DNA of 64,000 nucleotides. It comes from Antechinus flavipes (lineage: Eukaryota). This document shows, piece after piece, positions 10,035 through 22,275 of the stretch. Below the pieces are notes generated by a model. The model saw only the letters and a list, made by a program, of their open reading frames with translations. It was not told the DNA's origin and made no database searches. Numbering within the stretch: position 1 is the stretch's first letter; every line of letters begins with the position of its first letter. The DNA is taken from assembly GCF_016432865.1 (NCBI RefSeq), contig NC_067402.1, positions 292,888,001 to 292,952,000 of the forward strand, read 5' to 3'. The position numbers and the translations under genes were made by a program.

Positions 10035-11639
10035 GACCTGTTGTTAGAATAATATTTATTTATATATTTAGTGCTATTTTTGTTCAACACTGCCGTCCGT
10101 CATCGTGTCTGAGGTAATAGATGCGAGAGCCAGGTGAGCCTTCGTTCCCCTCCAGGGCAGCCCCCTCCCTCCCCGGCCCGTCCCGCCCACGAGCGCCCGC
10201 ACAGGGGGCCTGGCAGGGGCGCGGGGGGCCGTGGGGCTCGGGACGGGCTGTTATTGCAAGATACGGTTTGTACATTCTCCATGCCCTTCCTCCTCCTCCT
10301 CCTCCTCCCTCTGGTTCTGGTGAAAACTCGGCTCTGAGTTTCCAAACCCGAATTATCGGTGATTACAGCATTCATAACAAAATGAAACACGTGGATGTTG
10401 AGAGACAAAGAGAAAGTGCAATTGAAAGGGGGAGGGGCCCCCCAGGGGTGTTGGAGGGGGAGCACTCCCAAGGGAGACACTGAGCGGGGGCTCTGGGGAG
10501 GGGGTGCCGGCCCGGGTGCTGGGGTGGGGTCAGCCCCAGCAGGACGCTGAGCCCGGGGCTCTGGGGGGAGAGGCTGGGGGTTGGGGAGTGGATCTGAGCC
10601 TTGGAAGGGGGGGAACATCACCCTGGACAGACCGAGCCCTGGAGGAGGCCGGGGCTCCAAGGTGATGGAGTCAGGAGGAAGACGGAACCTTCCTGAGAGG
10701 GAGGGATTTGGGGCAGAACACTGCACCATGTGGGGAAGCCCCAGGCTGAGGGTAGCTGTGGGGGGCCAGGGGCCATCCTGGGCCCAGGAAGCTCAGGGAA
10801 CCTTCTGAGCGTTCCCGCCCTTCCAGATCCCCCCATTCACTCCCCAAACGGATTTCCTTCCACCCTTCCGTACCCGGGGAGGAGAGGTCCATCCTCGGAA
10901 TAAATACCCCAGCACCCTAGGTTAATGACAAAATAGATTAAAAAAATAAACTCTTCATCTGGCCTCTCCAGGGCCACACATTGCTCCTCGCAGGGTCGGG
11001 GGGGCTTTGGGCCTTGTCCCCCCCACCTGAGGACAGGACCCATCCTGAGCACCTACCCTGGCAGTCCTTCCCCTCCCCTCCCGCCCGAGGGGAGCCGGGC
11101 CCCCAGAACTGTATTGCATATCTGGTGTCCGTGAGGCCGCAGGAAGGCCCTTCTCGGCTAGACCGCGAGTCTGTGGTTTGCAGGAAGCACGGGCGACGGG
11201 GGGCCGGGCCGGGCCAGGGTCTCGGAGACTCCGGGGGGAAGCGCAGGCTGGCCAGGCGGGCTCAGGCAAGGCCTGGGGTGGCTCCGGGTGGGACTGGCCA
11301 CGATGGGAGGGGAATCTTGGCTAAAGTGCATGTTGAGAACCACAGTGGCTGCGGACAGGCCGTCCCTAGCTCCCGGACGCTGGAGGTCGGGGGACCAGGG
11401 CAGCAGTAGCTAAGCAGGGTGGCTGAGGATGTGGGGGGGTGGGGATCCCTAGTTGCCCCTGGGCACTGGCAGTGGGTCTAGTGGGAGACTCGTGCTTGGG
11501 CTGGCGCTTCAGGGGACCTTGGCGAGGGCATGCAGTGGCCGGTTTCCTGTCAGGTTGGGGGTCTAGGGGCAGGTCCTGACGACGACCCGGGGCTGGAGGT
11601 GGGGTGGCTATGAGTACTGGGGGGACTTGTCGCCTCTCT
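10035..11639 (-). other. PANX2: PANX2 3' UTR (approximate 3' end)
   Basis: Lies between the TAG at 11640-11642 and the AATAAA at 10055-10060. Confidence 0.65.
10055..10060 (-). terminator. PANX2: PANX2 polyadenylation signal AATAAA
   Basis: TTTATT on + (AATAAA on -) inside an isolated AT-rich patch in GC-rich sequence, ~1.6 kb past the stop codon. Confidence 0.7.
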
Positions 11640-12001
11640 CTAAAACTCCACAGTACTCACAACTGTCCGGGGCTCCTCAAAGGTGGCAATGAGAATCTGC
11701 TTGGGGGGAGGGATGGTGATGAGGTCGGCCATGTCAGGGGAGGCTCGCGGCGGGGCCTCCTCCTCCTCCTCCGCCCGGTGGTCCTCATACAAGGTATTGA
11801 TGTGCAGCAGGGGGTGGGTGGAGTTGTGGCTCAAGACAGCTATAGATTCAGGCTTCCCAAGGCCAGGGGTGACACTGGCTGGGGGCCCCGGGACCCCGGT
11901 AGTTGTGGTAGGTGGGCAGCTATGGAAGGATCCCGGAGGGGGTGCCATGGCCCGGCACGGTTCCACTGGGTACAGGATTTCTTTTTCTGGGCCTGGGGGA
12001 T
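11640..12001 (-). CDS. PANX2: Pannexin 2, coding exon 3
   Basis: Acceptor TTTTCAG|ATCCCC at 12002/12001; encodes DPPGPEKEILYP...HPLLHINTLYE...QILIATFEEPRTVVSTVEF*, matching the PANX2 C-terminus. Confidence 0.96.
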
Positions 12002-13989
12002 CTGAAAACAGGATCAAAAACACCAAACTGTCTCTTTCTTCTTTCAGACCATGGATTCCTCCTCCCCAGCCCCCCAAATGTCGTATAGAGTAGACTGGTG
12101 AGTTTGACCCCAAGTGCCCAGGGGACAAACCCTATATCAGTGTCAGGTATCTGGCACTCAGTGCCATGGCCTGGGGCTCCCTGCTTAGAAAGGCCCACCC
12201 TGAGCTCAGCTTTGCGGATGCATGTTTGGAGCCACTTGTGAAGGGACTGTGGACCTTGGGTGATCTTGGAACATGGGATGAAAGAACGGGGGAAGGGAGT
12301 GCTGGGAAGGACACCTGGAAGCGGCGGCCATAGCAGAAGAAAAAGGCCCAGAGCTCAGGGAATCGGGAAGATCCCGGAGGTTAGCTCCAGGCCCAATGGT
12401 TGGACCTTAGTGAGGGCCGGGGAGGCCCACAAAGTTGTGAGGTGTGAAAATCATGGGGCCAAAGTCAAAGGGTCTGGGGATGTCTCCTGGGCTGAGCAGC
12501 TGGCCAGTGGATCTGGGTCAGTCATGAACAACGGCCAGGGAGCAGCCCGTCACTGGCCCAAGGGATGATTATTCATGGCTTCAGAAGGCCGAGAAAGGCC
12601 CCAGACACCACCGCCTAGAAGGAATCTTAGAGACCGTCCATTTTAATCTCCTAACTTTACAGATGAGGAAACTGAGGTCTAAAGAGATTTGATGAAAAAC
12701 CAGCTTTTCTCATTTCTGGATCCAACCCTCTTTCCTCTACACTGGGCAGCCACCAGGCAGGCTCTGAACAAAAATGGTGGACAAACCTATGAGAGAAACG
12801 GAGTCCTCCCGGAAAGTAGTAAGGCTGATATTATACAACCCAGCATAAAGAGCTTCTGGTCTGATGCTTCGGGGTCCCTTCCAGTCAACTCCTGAACAAT
12901 GGGGTCTCTGCTAGAGCCTATGCATGACCCAGGACCCCAGAGATATGTCCCTGCGGGGGCTGAGGCTCAAAACAACTACACACTCATCTTGCCTTTGAGT
13001 CAGCTGGTCCGAAGGAAGGGAGCCTTGGGTTCCACGCTCCTGCAGTGGGTCTGGCAAAGGCTTCCCCAGCCTGGATTCGTTTAGGTGGCAGAAGAGCATA
13101 TCTGAGCTGGTCCTTGGTTACTGGGTGATGAGAGGAGCCCTATTCTACCTGGCTGGGCCGGCCGCTGAGCAGCAGGATGGCTTACACAGGCTGCCTCCTT
13201 CCTCCAGCCGGACACTCTCGGGGGTCTCTCTCAGACTGACGGCAGGACTCTGCATCAGAGCCGTAACTAGCAAAGTGGGTGGCCAGAGCAAGCTTTGTGA
13301 GCTTAAAGACAAACTTGGGAGGAGGGGGGAGGTGGCGTTCTTGCTCAGTCTTTGTGACCCCTTGGACCACTGGCCCTTCTGTCCTCCACTGTCTCCCAAA
13401 GTCTGTCCAAGCTCGTGTTCATCACTTCCACGACAAGCTCTCTCCGTCTCATCCTCTGCCATCCCCTTCTCCTTTTGCCTTCCATCACCCAAATATCAGG
13501 GTCTTTTCCAATGAGCCCTTCCAATGCAGGGTGGTGAAGGGGAAGCCATGCTGAGAGACGTGGGCTGCGATTCCACTTCAGATACTTACTAGGAGTCTAA
13601 CTCTGGGCAAGTCCTTTCCCGGTTCTGAGCCACAGTACCATCATCTATATAATGGGGATAATAAGAGCCAGAGAACTTACCTAACAGAGTTATTGTAATC
13701 TGTAAGAGCTTTGTAAGCCTTAAAAAGCCATGAAAACATCGGGACTGTTACGCTTGAAGAGGACCCCATTTCTGGCTCTTCTCTTTCAGCTAAACATCCC
13801 CAGTGTTTTCAAGCAATCTTCATTTCGCTTGGTTGCTCCCCAGCCTTCTCCCCATCCCGGCTGCCCTAATCTAAACAGTCTATGGCAGAACTGTCCAACT
13901 CTTAGCTGGGGTCTCCATATGGCTCCCCCAAAACTCCCTAAATCAGATGAAAATGTTATTGAAAAACTAACAAAATTAACAACATAAAT

Positions 13990-16900
13990 AATGCGAATTT
14001 GTAGTTTTCTAAGCCAATATGCACTTGTTTCCAAAGCACTCTTTATGGAACCCTGAGTTCTAGAGATACAATATTCCAGATGTGGTCAGATCAGAACCGT
14101 ACCTTTGTTATTCCTGAATACCTCCTTTGGGCATCCAAAGATCACACTATGTGAGGGAGACTAAGGGACACCATAGCACACTGCTGTTCCACTAGACCTC
14201 TGAGAACTTTTTCACAAAAAATGCATTACACTTTACAAAAGTGAATGGTGAAAATTATCTCTGCATGTATTTGGAAAAATAAAATACTATTAAAAAAAGA
14301 AATGCTGAGTAGCTATATTTCACCAATCCTGTACATATGTTGGTGAGAGTTTGAGCATGTATGGTCAACTTTATACCCTTCTCCCTATTAAATTTCATTT
14401 TATTGGGATCGCTAGATGGCACAATGGATAGAGTACCAGCCCTCCAAATCTGATCTCAGACACTTAATACTTTTCAGCTGTGTGACCCTGGGCAAGTCAC
14501 TTAACCCCAATTGTCTCAGCAAATATATATATTTATTATTATTATTAGACTGAGTCTCTCATTCTAGTATATCAAAAAATTTAAACCACGACCCTATGAT
14601 TCTAAATCATATCTCTTCCCTCCAGACTTCACATTGTATGTATATGATCTATGTCTATATTAAAGTCATGGGTAATCATTTTAGATTGGACAGGACAAGT
14701 ACAGAGTCCCCTGGGAGACTCCACTAGAGGCTTCCATCCAATATAATTCATTCATGACTCCTTTTTGGATTCAGGCATCCAATGAGTTCTGAATCTATCT
14801 ATCCGGACTACCATTTAGCTGAGCATTTCTCCATCTTGTCCAAGGAGGGAATGAATCTTGGTCAAATGTTTTGCTGAAATCTAGTTAAGGTTGATCTAAA
14901 GTATTTCTCCAATTGACTAGTCCATTAACCCCACCAGAATAGGAATTGAGGATGTATGGATGAAGTAAGGCTGGCTCTCAGTTAATTGGCTTAATAGCTG
15001 AAGAAACCATCTTTTCCCCCTTTATGAAAATTAGGATGGCATTTGCCCTTCTCCAGGATCTTTTCCATTCTCCATATTTTCCCACAAATCACCAAGAGCT
15101 GTTTAGCAATTATATTTCTCTCTTATTATAACCCCTCGTATGTAACTTCTCTGGGCTTAGTAAAGGCATCTCTAAGTGCATCTTGTTTTTAATTGATTGT
15201 TGTTCGGTTTTGCTTTTCTATTGCTTGTCAGAAAATCTTTTTTTTGGTAGAGAAGACAGAATTAAAGAATTAGATTGTTCTTCCTTTCCTCCACTGCCTC
15301 CTTTGATCATTACCCAATCCACCTTGAGCAATGCTCCTATCCTTTCTTCGATCTTCTTTCCATCCCTCACACTGGAAAACCCTCTTTGTTATCGTAGCTT
15401 TCTCTGCTGGTCTTCATTCTTCTGGTTGTTAGCCCTCTGCTGCTGCCTTTTGATATCTGTCTTCATTTATGGCCTTCTTCCACTTTTTGTACACTGTCTT
15501 TTTCAAATACGAGTTGGCCAATGTTTCCTAAATTCATATTAGTAAGTTGAGGGAACTTCTCCCTTTATTCGTAATTGGGTTCCTTTGTGTTTGTGTTGTT
15601 GGAATATTATACTTTAGAAGAACATCACATTCATTTCAGTCAACTTCCTTGGAGGATTTTAGGCCACGAGTTTCTGGCTATCTTTCTTATAAAGTCTTTG
15701 AAATCCACTTTCTGAAAATCTCAGATGCAGCTTTCTTTCCCCTACTCATCTAGTCCAAACTTGAAAATGGAGTTCTCCTTCCAAGGTTCCCATCATTCTA
15801 TTTCAGCTTGTTCATCTTTACTGCTCAGAATTAACTCGAGAGTAGCTGTTCCTCTTGGTCACATCCTCTACCAAGAATCCAGGATTGTCAAAGCTCAATT
15901 GAGAAGTTAGTAGCATGACTTTGGCAGAGTGAGCACCGGAGTCCCAGATGTCTCAGAGAGTTGAGGTCTCTCTGGCTAGCTTCTGGATCACTTTCTAGAA
16001 CTTATCTTTTGTTGTGGTGGATTATAGCCACAAGATCACTTCTGATCACTTCCCTTTAACAAAACTTCTCTCCGATGCTCCTCCATCTCCATCAATCTTC
16101 ATGACTCTCTTTACATGAATATTCTTCCCATGAGCCCTCCTCTATTTCTCCTTTCTTGGTTTCTCTTCTTCTTTCCATAATTTCCATATTTCTGCCATGA
16201 CTGATCTCCCATATCGCAGAGCTTCTTTGGAGGCTGATTGTGCCTCCTTTTTCAGTTCACTTGCTATTTATTTTTCCACACTGATTTCTGGACTTCCTGA
16301 GGCCATGGAACTTAGTGGTGGCTCTCTTCCTGGATACATCCCCTGTGAATTACTGTTCTCTCCAGTAATAGCTGCTTTTAGTCTCCATGGTCTCCAGCTT
16401 GGCAAATTTATATGGGTCGGTTTCCCCCCTTCCATTTTCAGTTTAAAACCCTTTGGATTCAATCTGAAAATCTCTAAAGAAATTAATTTTAATGTTCCTC
16501 ATGAGATTTACTTTACTCCCGCCAAAGAGCCTATCATTCCAATGTGTTCCATAAATCCAAATTTACACTCTAACAGTGGATCACTCTTTCAATAAGATTC
16601 CACTTGCAACCAGGAGCAGTAAAGAAAACCTTACTTTTCCCTCCTAAGATCTTTAGTTTCTCTCTTAGAATTTTCTCTTCCTCAGCAATGCTTTCTAGGG
16701 ATATTATCTGTCCTCACATAACTCACCAAGAGTGTCTGATGGTCACCAGGCTTGGAAAACATTAGGAAAGGGTCACATTCAGAGTACAGGCTCTGGGATG
16801 GAGTATGTCTCTTGACTGTTCCATTCCCAAAGATTCACTAGTGATCACTATCAAGCACCACCAGTTGTGTCTGTCCAGTCCTGAATGATAGCTTCCTGGT

Positions 16901-17450
16901 GGTACTTGTGTACTCACAGTATTACTTCTTGGCGATCACATCTTCCTCTTCGGAGCTCCAGCTTCATCCTCTTCGGAATGATACTCATGTTTGTTACCTT
17001 GCTCCAAAGAGTCCCATGATCCTCCTCTTTCCTCTTTGTGTTGCTATCTTCCACTCTCTTATCCAGGTAAGGATTCCTCAAGAATCAAAGGACCCAAGCT
17101 GCAGAACTCAGTGTCCACAGAAGCCAGCCTCCTTTTTCTTTCTTCCTGTGGAACTCTTATGTTAAGAAACACTTCATTCTCTTTAATAAACTGGAAAGTA
17201 AAAGCCCATTCCTCTATTCCCTCCATCTCCTTCTTTAGGAGGAAGGCACATTCGTGTTAACCACCACTAACAGAAGCACAAACTCACCAGAAACCATCCT
17301 TGTTGGCAGTCAAGGTCTCAGTTCTCCCATAGGCTTGCACACAGTAGGAACTTAATAGATAGTTTTTGTCTGGTTTACTAATAAGGCTATTTCAGGGAAC
17401 CACCTGGTAGTTGGTCCACCCTGCCTCCTGCTACAGACTTAGAAATATTT
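13990..17450 (-). mobile_element. Long L3/CR1 LINE ORF2 remnant in PANX2 intron 2, with nested SINE/L1 fragments
   Basis: Minus strand reads LDFSKTFD (14858-14884) and a PIF.KG-like motif (~15020-15050), with degenerate ORF2-like sequence continuing to ~17.4 kb; many stops; boundaries approximate. Confidence 0.7.
14405..14525 (+). mobile_element. Marsupial tRNA-derived SINE (WSINE/Mar-type), internally deleted
   Basis: GCTAGATGGCACAATGGATAGAGTACCAG...CTCAGACACTTAATACTT...GTGTGACCCTGGGCAAGTCACTTAACCCCAATTG. Confidence 0.8.
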
Positions 17451-17894
17451 TCTGGGTTATTTGTCATGTACCACTAGAGCTCTGATGGCCATAATAACTG
17501 CCTAAGGAAGGAAGGTCTCTGATGTTTTAATTATACAGAAGTGAGGTTTCTAGCACTTCTTCCCCTTTCTTTTCTCTTTTTTTGTTTTGTCCCTTGGTCA
17601 AATATTAGAGAAACTCCCTACATCTTTCTCCTTCTCTTATCTTTAGGTTAAAGCAACATCCTCATCACTCCCTGACATAGTGTTACCGATTGTGCCCTGA
17701 ATGAATTTTGAACTCCCAAATAAGCGAATGAGGATTTTTGGATTCTCTGTTTATCTGGTTGATAGAGAAGGTTGGGTCCACTTCAAAAGAAAAAGGATTG
17801 TCCTATCTTATTTGCCAAGTATCCTCAAAGAATATGCTGTCTCCCTTCAATAAACTTTCAACCAGGGTTACTCCTTCTTTTAAATGTATAAAAA

Positions 17895-18055
17895 TGGGAG
17901 CAGCTAGATGGTGCAGTGAATAGAGCACCAACCCTGAAGTCAGGAGGACCTGAGTTCAAATCTGGCCTCAGACACTTAACACTTCTTAGGTGTATGACCC
18001 TGAGCAAGTCACTTCACCCCAATTGCCTCAGCAAAAATAAAAACAAAGTATAAAA
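17895..18055 (+). mobile_element. Marsupial SINE (WSINE1/Mar-type)
   Basis: A box, B box GAGTTCAAATC, CTCAGACACTTAACAC core, A-rich tail. Confidence 0.85.
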
Positions 18056-18743
18056 AATGCTTATTGACCTCTCTGAGTGGAACTCTTTCTCCCACATCTC
18101 CTGTGTGGGTCCCCCTGCCTTCTCAGGGTACAGGCTACTGAAAGCAAACTCCCCACCTCCCAAGGCCCCTAGAGTGATGGCAGGTGAGCACTCATCACTG
18201 TAGCATCACTCAGAGATGCTCAGAAGGGCCCTGGTCTCTGGAATACCCCACTCTGTAAAGCTTTTACCACCTTGTTCCTTCCCAGGTTTTTTTTAGCTGC
18301 TGTCCATGGTTCTACCTAGAGCAGACCACTTTCCCTTGCCAGTGGGTGGAAAATAAAGCTAAAGTAAATTTAAAAATTACCCTAATCCTAGCTTCAAGGC
18401 AGTAAACTGATTTTAAGCATCGAAATTTTCGGCCCTTTTTAAGGCTCGGGTGGGAGTCTGAGAGGGGTTTCCTGCCTCTGCTCCCGAATAAAGCCCACAG
18501 CCTTTTTTTTCTGGCAGATCCACGGCCCCATTCTTTACTTCTAGGATCATGGCTGAGTTCTGAAGGCCGGGGCCTCTCCATGTCTAGGAGAGGAGATTAT
18601 TCTATAATTTTTTTTTAAATTATGGATTTAATGGAGGGGGGCGGTATGATCTGCTGCTTTCGGTTCTCCTTGGCTTCCCGCTCCCCTGTCCATCCTCCTT
18701 GAGTCAACCTCACTGCGGCCCACCCCCTTCCCCACCTTCCTAC

Positions 18744-20189
18744 CTTTGGCAGGCGCCATGCGGGTCCCTCTGCAGTCCTCCCCCTGGGTGAGGAAGGCAC
18801 CCTCTTGGCTCTTGGAGGCGGGCAGGGCGGCAATGGGCGGCAGCTCTGGTTTAGGCTTCTTGCTGCTGAGGATGTAGGGATGGACGTCCAAGGAGAAATG
18901 TCTGGCGTGTTTCTTCTCGCCGCTGGCGGACGGGGGCGCGGAGGAGGGGCCGGGGTCTCCGGCCCCGGCCCCTTTGTGGTGGGCGGCTCGGGCATCCAGC
19001 AGCGGCGCGATGAGCGTGTCCGTGGCCGTCTTCCTCCTCACCGGTTTGGGTTTGTCCGCCTTGTGGTTCTCCACCTTCATGATGGCCAGCTGCTCCTTGA
19101 AGGGCTGGGGCAGGGGGTTGCTGGTGGGGATCCACTTCATCTTTTTGCGGGGGCGCTTGACGACGGGGGGCTCCCCCGAGTCGCCTTCGGCGGGGTTGGC
19201 GCTGGGGTCCACCGTCTGAATGCCCGAGTCTCGGACCGTGGGGGTGGCGTCGTGGTTGGACTGGGCCAGGGCGGCCAGCAGCTGTCGCACCACGTTGTCG
19301 TACATGAGGTCGCTCTCGTTGGTGATGAAGTCGAGCCGGTTGAGCGACTTGATGTGGTCCCGGTTCTCGTTGCAGAACATGGCCAGGATGTTGATGTCGC
19401 AGAACTGGGAGCGGCGCCACTGGCGGCGGGTGCGGATGCCCACCTTGTGCAGCTTGTCGAAGATGAAGTTGCTCTTTCGGAAGATGAAGAGGTGGATGAG
19501 GTTGACGAGGATGATGAGGTTCATGAAGCAGAGGAGGACGATGTCCACGCCGGCGATGATCCTCTGCAGCTGCACCGAGGGCAGCTTGCAGCTGACGCGC
19601 ACCGAGCCCCGGGGGCCGTCGGGAGGCTCGCCCAGCGCGCACGTGAACTCGTTCTGCTTCTGCGTGGCGTAGTAGGTGCACAGGTAGCTGATGGGGACGA
19701 CGCTCAGGAGGAGGATGAGCACGTGCCGGGCGAGGTAGAGCTTGGCCAGAAAGTTGCTGCGGCCCCGGCGCTCCAGGTACTTCTCGAACAGGTTCTGCTC
19801 GGGGCTCTTCTCCTTTTCGGCGTTCTCGATGATCTCCCGCTTCTCCCTCTCCGTGATGCCGGGGCCCTTGGACTGGATCTGCTTCTCGATCTTGGGGGCC
19901 CGGCCCTCCGCAGCCCGATGGTAGCAATTGTCAATCTCCTGGAGAAGGAAGTTGAGCTCGGAGGTGAGGCGGGTGGAGGCCAGGAACTCCCAGCCCAGGG
20001 CGGGGACGTACATGATGCCGGCAAAAGCCAGCAGGGCATAGGGCAGGAACTTGTGCTCGAAGAGGGAGGGCCAGTGGCTGGAGTCCACCCCGGGCAGGGC
20101 GTCCCTAAGCTCTGTCCAACAGTAGCCACGTGCATAGAGGGCCTGGTCACGGGTGAAGTTGTGAGGGGTATAGCAGTAGATGGGTTCCT
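18744..20189 (-). CDS. PANX2: Pannexin 2, coding exon 2 (1446 bp)
   Basis: Acceptor CCCTCCAG|AGGAACCC at 20190/20189, donor AAAG|GTAGGA at 18744/18743; EEPIYCYTPHNFTRDQALYARGYCW...CKLPSVQLQRIIAG...FCDINILAMFCNENRDHIKSLNRLDF is PANX2. Confidence 0.98.
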
Positions 20190-21689
20190 CTGGAGGGCAG
20201 AGAGGAGAGACACGGCTCAGGGTCATGGCAGGGATGGGGAAGGGTCCACAGTGCTCATCCCTCCTGGCAAAGGGAGGACACAGATTGGGGTGGGCACTGA
20301 AAAAAACATTCACCCACTATTGATGTCCAACAAGGGGGCAGAGCCTTTTCCTGTATCCCCATCCCCCCTGTCCCTGGGGTTTAAGAGCATACGTGAACTG
20401 GCAGGGCAGACCTTGGTTGGGGACAGAAGGAACCTGAGTGGCAAGGCTGTACACCGGCTGGGAGCCTGTCCTCCCATACTTCCCCTGCTTCTTCCAGAAG
20501 GTACATGATTTCAACTCTAAAAGACCCAGGATCATTTCCTAAAATGATCTCCTATCAAAAGAGGAATTCCTCATATTCAGGAAGTTTCCAGAATGAGGAT
20601 ATAAAGTTGGCAGGTACTTCTGAGATCACGTCATCTAATTTTACATATTTATGTAAATAAGTATATTTACATATAATCGTTTTACAGATGAAGGTACTGA
20701 CGTCTACAGGGGTGTAGCTTTGCCCCCAGGTCACATGGACAATGGGAGAGGAACAGAGCACTGAAAGGGGAGTCAGGAGACTTCAGATCCCAGTTCTGAT
20801 ACCTATGAATGACCTTGAGTCTATCACTCAGAGCCTGTCTGCACATCTGTAAAATGTGGAGGACAGATGACTTATAAGGTCTCTTTCAGTTCTAGTTGTA
20901 AGAACCTTTGCTCCTAACCAGCCTACCTAGCCAAGTCTAAGGTCTCTTCCAGTTCTAGATGTAGGAACCTTTGATCCTAACCAGCCTAACCAGTTAATCT
21001 GAACCAATCTACGTTTTTTAAAAATAATTTTTACCCATGGTCATGGACTCCAAAGCCAATGCCCCTTCCTTGACATTAGGTCAGTGCTAAAGATACATAC
21101 TATTTTCCCCAAATATTGTATCTCACAGAGTTCTGTGTGAGAGATAGTGGAAGATGGGCTGAAGAAATGGAGAAGGGGAAATGTCCTGATTTTCAAAAAA
21201 AGGGAGTGGGTAGAATCTATGAATGATAAATTAGGGGAGCCTGATTTTGATGTGGGACAAAATTCTAGAGCACAGCATTAAAAGGATGTTAATTGAATAT
21301 TTGGAAATGCAAGCAGTGGCCACATAGTATCAGCATTACTCACTAAGAACAAGTCACACAAAACCAATCTCGCTTCCTTTTTGGGGGGCAGGATTACTGG
21401 ACTAGTAGATTGGGTAAATGCCACAGACACAGTTAATTGAGATTTCAGCAATCTTTGACTTGACACAATCTTTCATGTTATCATGGACAAAATGAAAAAA
21501 AAAAAACCATCTAGGGTAAATGAAGCATAATGAGGAGCATTTGTTACTCGTCGATCGGCTAGGCTTTATGTCAGTTCACGAGGAGGTCTTCAACAGGATG
21601 CCCTAACGATCTGGATTTAGATCTGTGCTAGTTCCGGTGGAAACGTGCGATGGACATCCAGAGAGAGAGAGCTGAGAAGACTGAATGTG

Positions 21690-21960
21690 GTTAGAAACAT
21701 GGTATGCTCAACTTTTTTTGTTTGTGTTTTTCCCCTTTTGGTCTGACTTTTCTTGCACAACATGATGAATATGGAAATATATTGGGAAGGATTGCACATG
21801 TTTAATTTATATCAGATTGCTTACTGTCTTGGGGAAGGGGAAGGTGAGAGGTGGGAGAGGGATTTGGAGCACAGGGTCTTGCAGGAATGAATGTTGAAAA
21901 ACATTTTTACATGTATATGGAAGGATAAAATACTATTGAGGAAAAAATAAATCTGTGCTA
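21690..21960 (+). mobile_element. Marsupial L1 3' UTR fragment
   Basis: TTTTCCCCTTTTGGTCTGACTTTTCTTGCACAACATGATGAATATGG...G-rich tract...AATGAATGTTGAAAA...AATAAA. Confidence 0.7.
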
Positions 21961-22126
21961 TTATTGACTTGTTTTTTTGGTCAATGACTTGTATAAAGGG
22001 ATAGAAGTCCATATATGATACATATCTCAGAGGTACAGCTAACATACTAGATAGCAGTCAGAATTTTAAAAAATGTCTTGATAGGTTAGAAAATTGGGCT
22101 CAAAAGTAAAAAAAAAAAAAAAACAA

Positions 22127-22275
22127 CGGGGAAGCTAGATGGACAGTGGATAGAGGACTGGCCCAAGAATCAGGAGGACCCGAGTTCAAACTCATCTTCA
22201 GACACTTAATACTTGCTAGCTGTATGATCTCAGGCAAGTTACTGAACCCCAATTGCCTTACAAAAAAGAAGAATA
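22127..22275 (+). mobile_element. Marsupial SINE
   Basis: GGGAAGCTAGATGGACAGTGGATAGAGGAC...GAGTTCAAAC...CAGACACTTAATAC...CCCAATTGCC. Confidence 0.8.

Noticed and set aside
17895-18055. A/B-box sequences as tRNA genes
   Set aside because: They are heads of tRNA-derived SINEs with CORE body and A tail; no cloverleaf.
18628-18743. PANX2 exon 2 frame continuing 38 codons past the donor, and upstream extension 20190-20313
   Set aside because: Canonical splice sites and match to the known protein place these in introns.
18805-20508. 567-aa + strand ORF and 358-aa alternative-frame ORF (18851-19927) over PANX2 exon 2
   Set aside because: Expected shadows of near-100% GC3 codon usage, which removes stops from antisense and shifted frames; no domain or start context.
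20875-20988. 63-bp tandem duplication
   Set aside because: Diverged duplication of a MIR-type 3' end in an intron; no sign of function.
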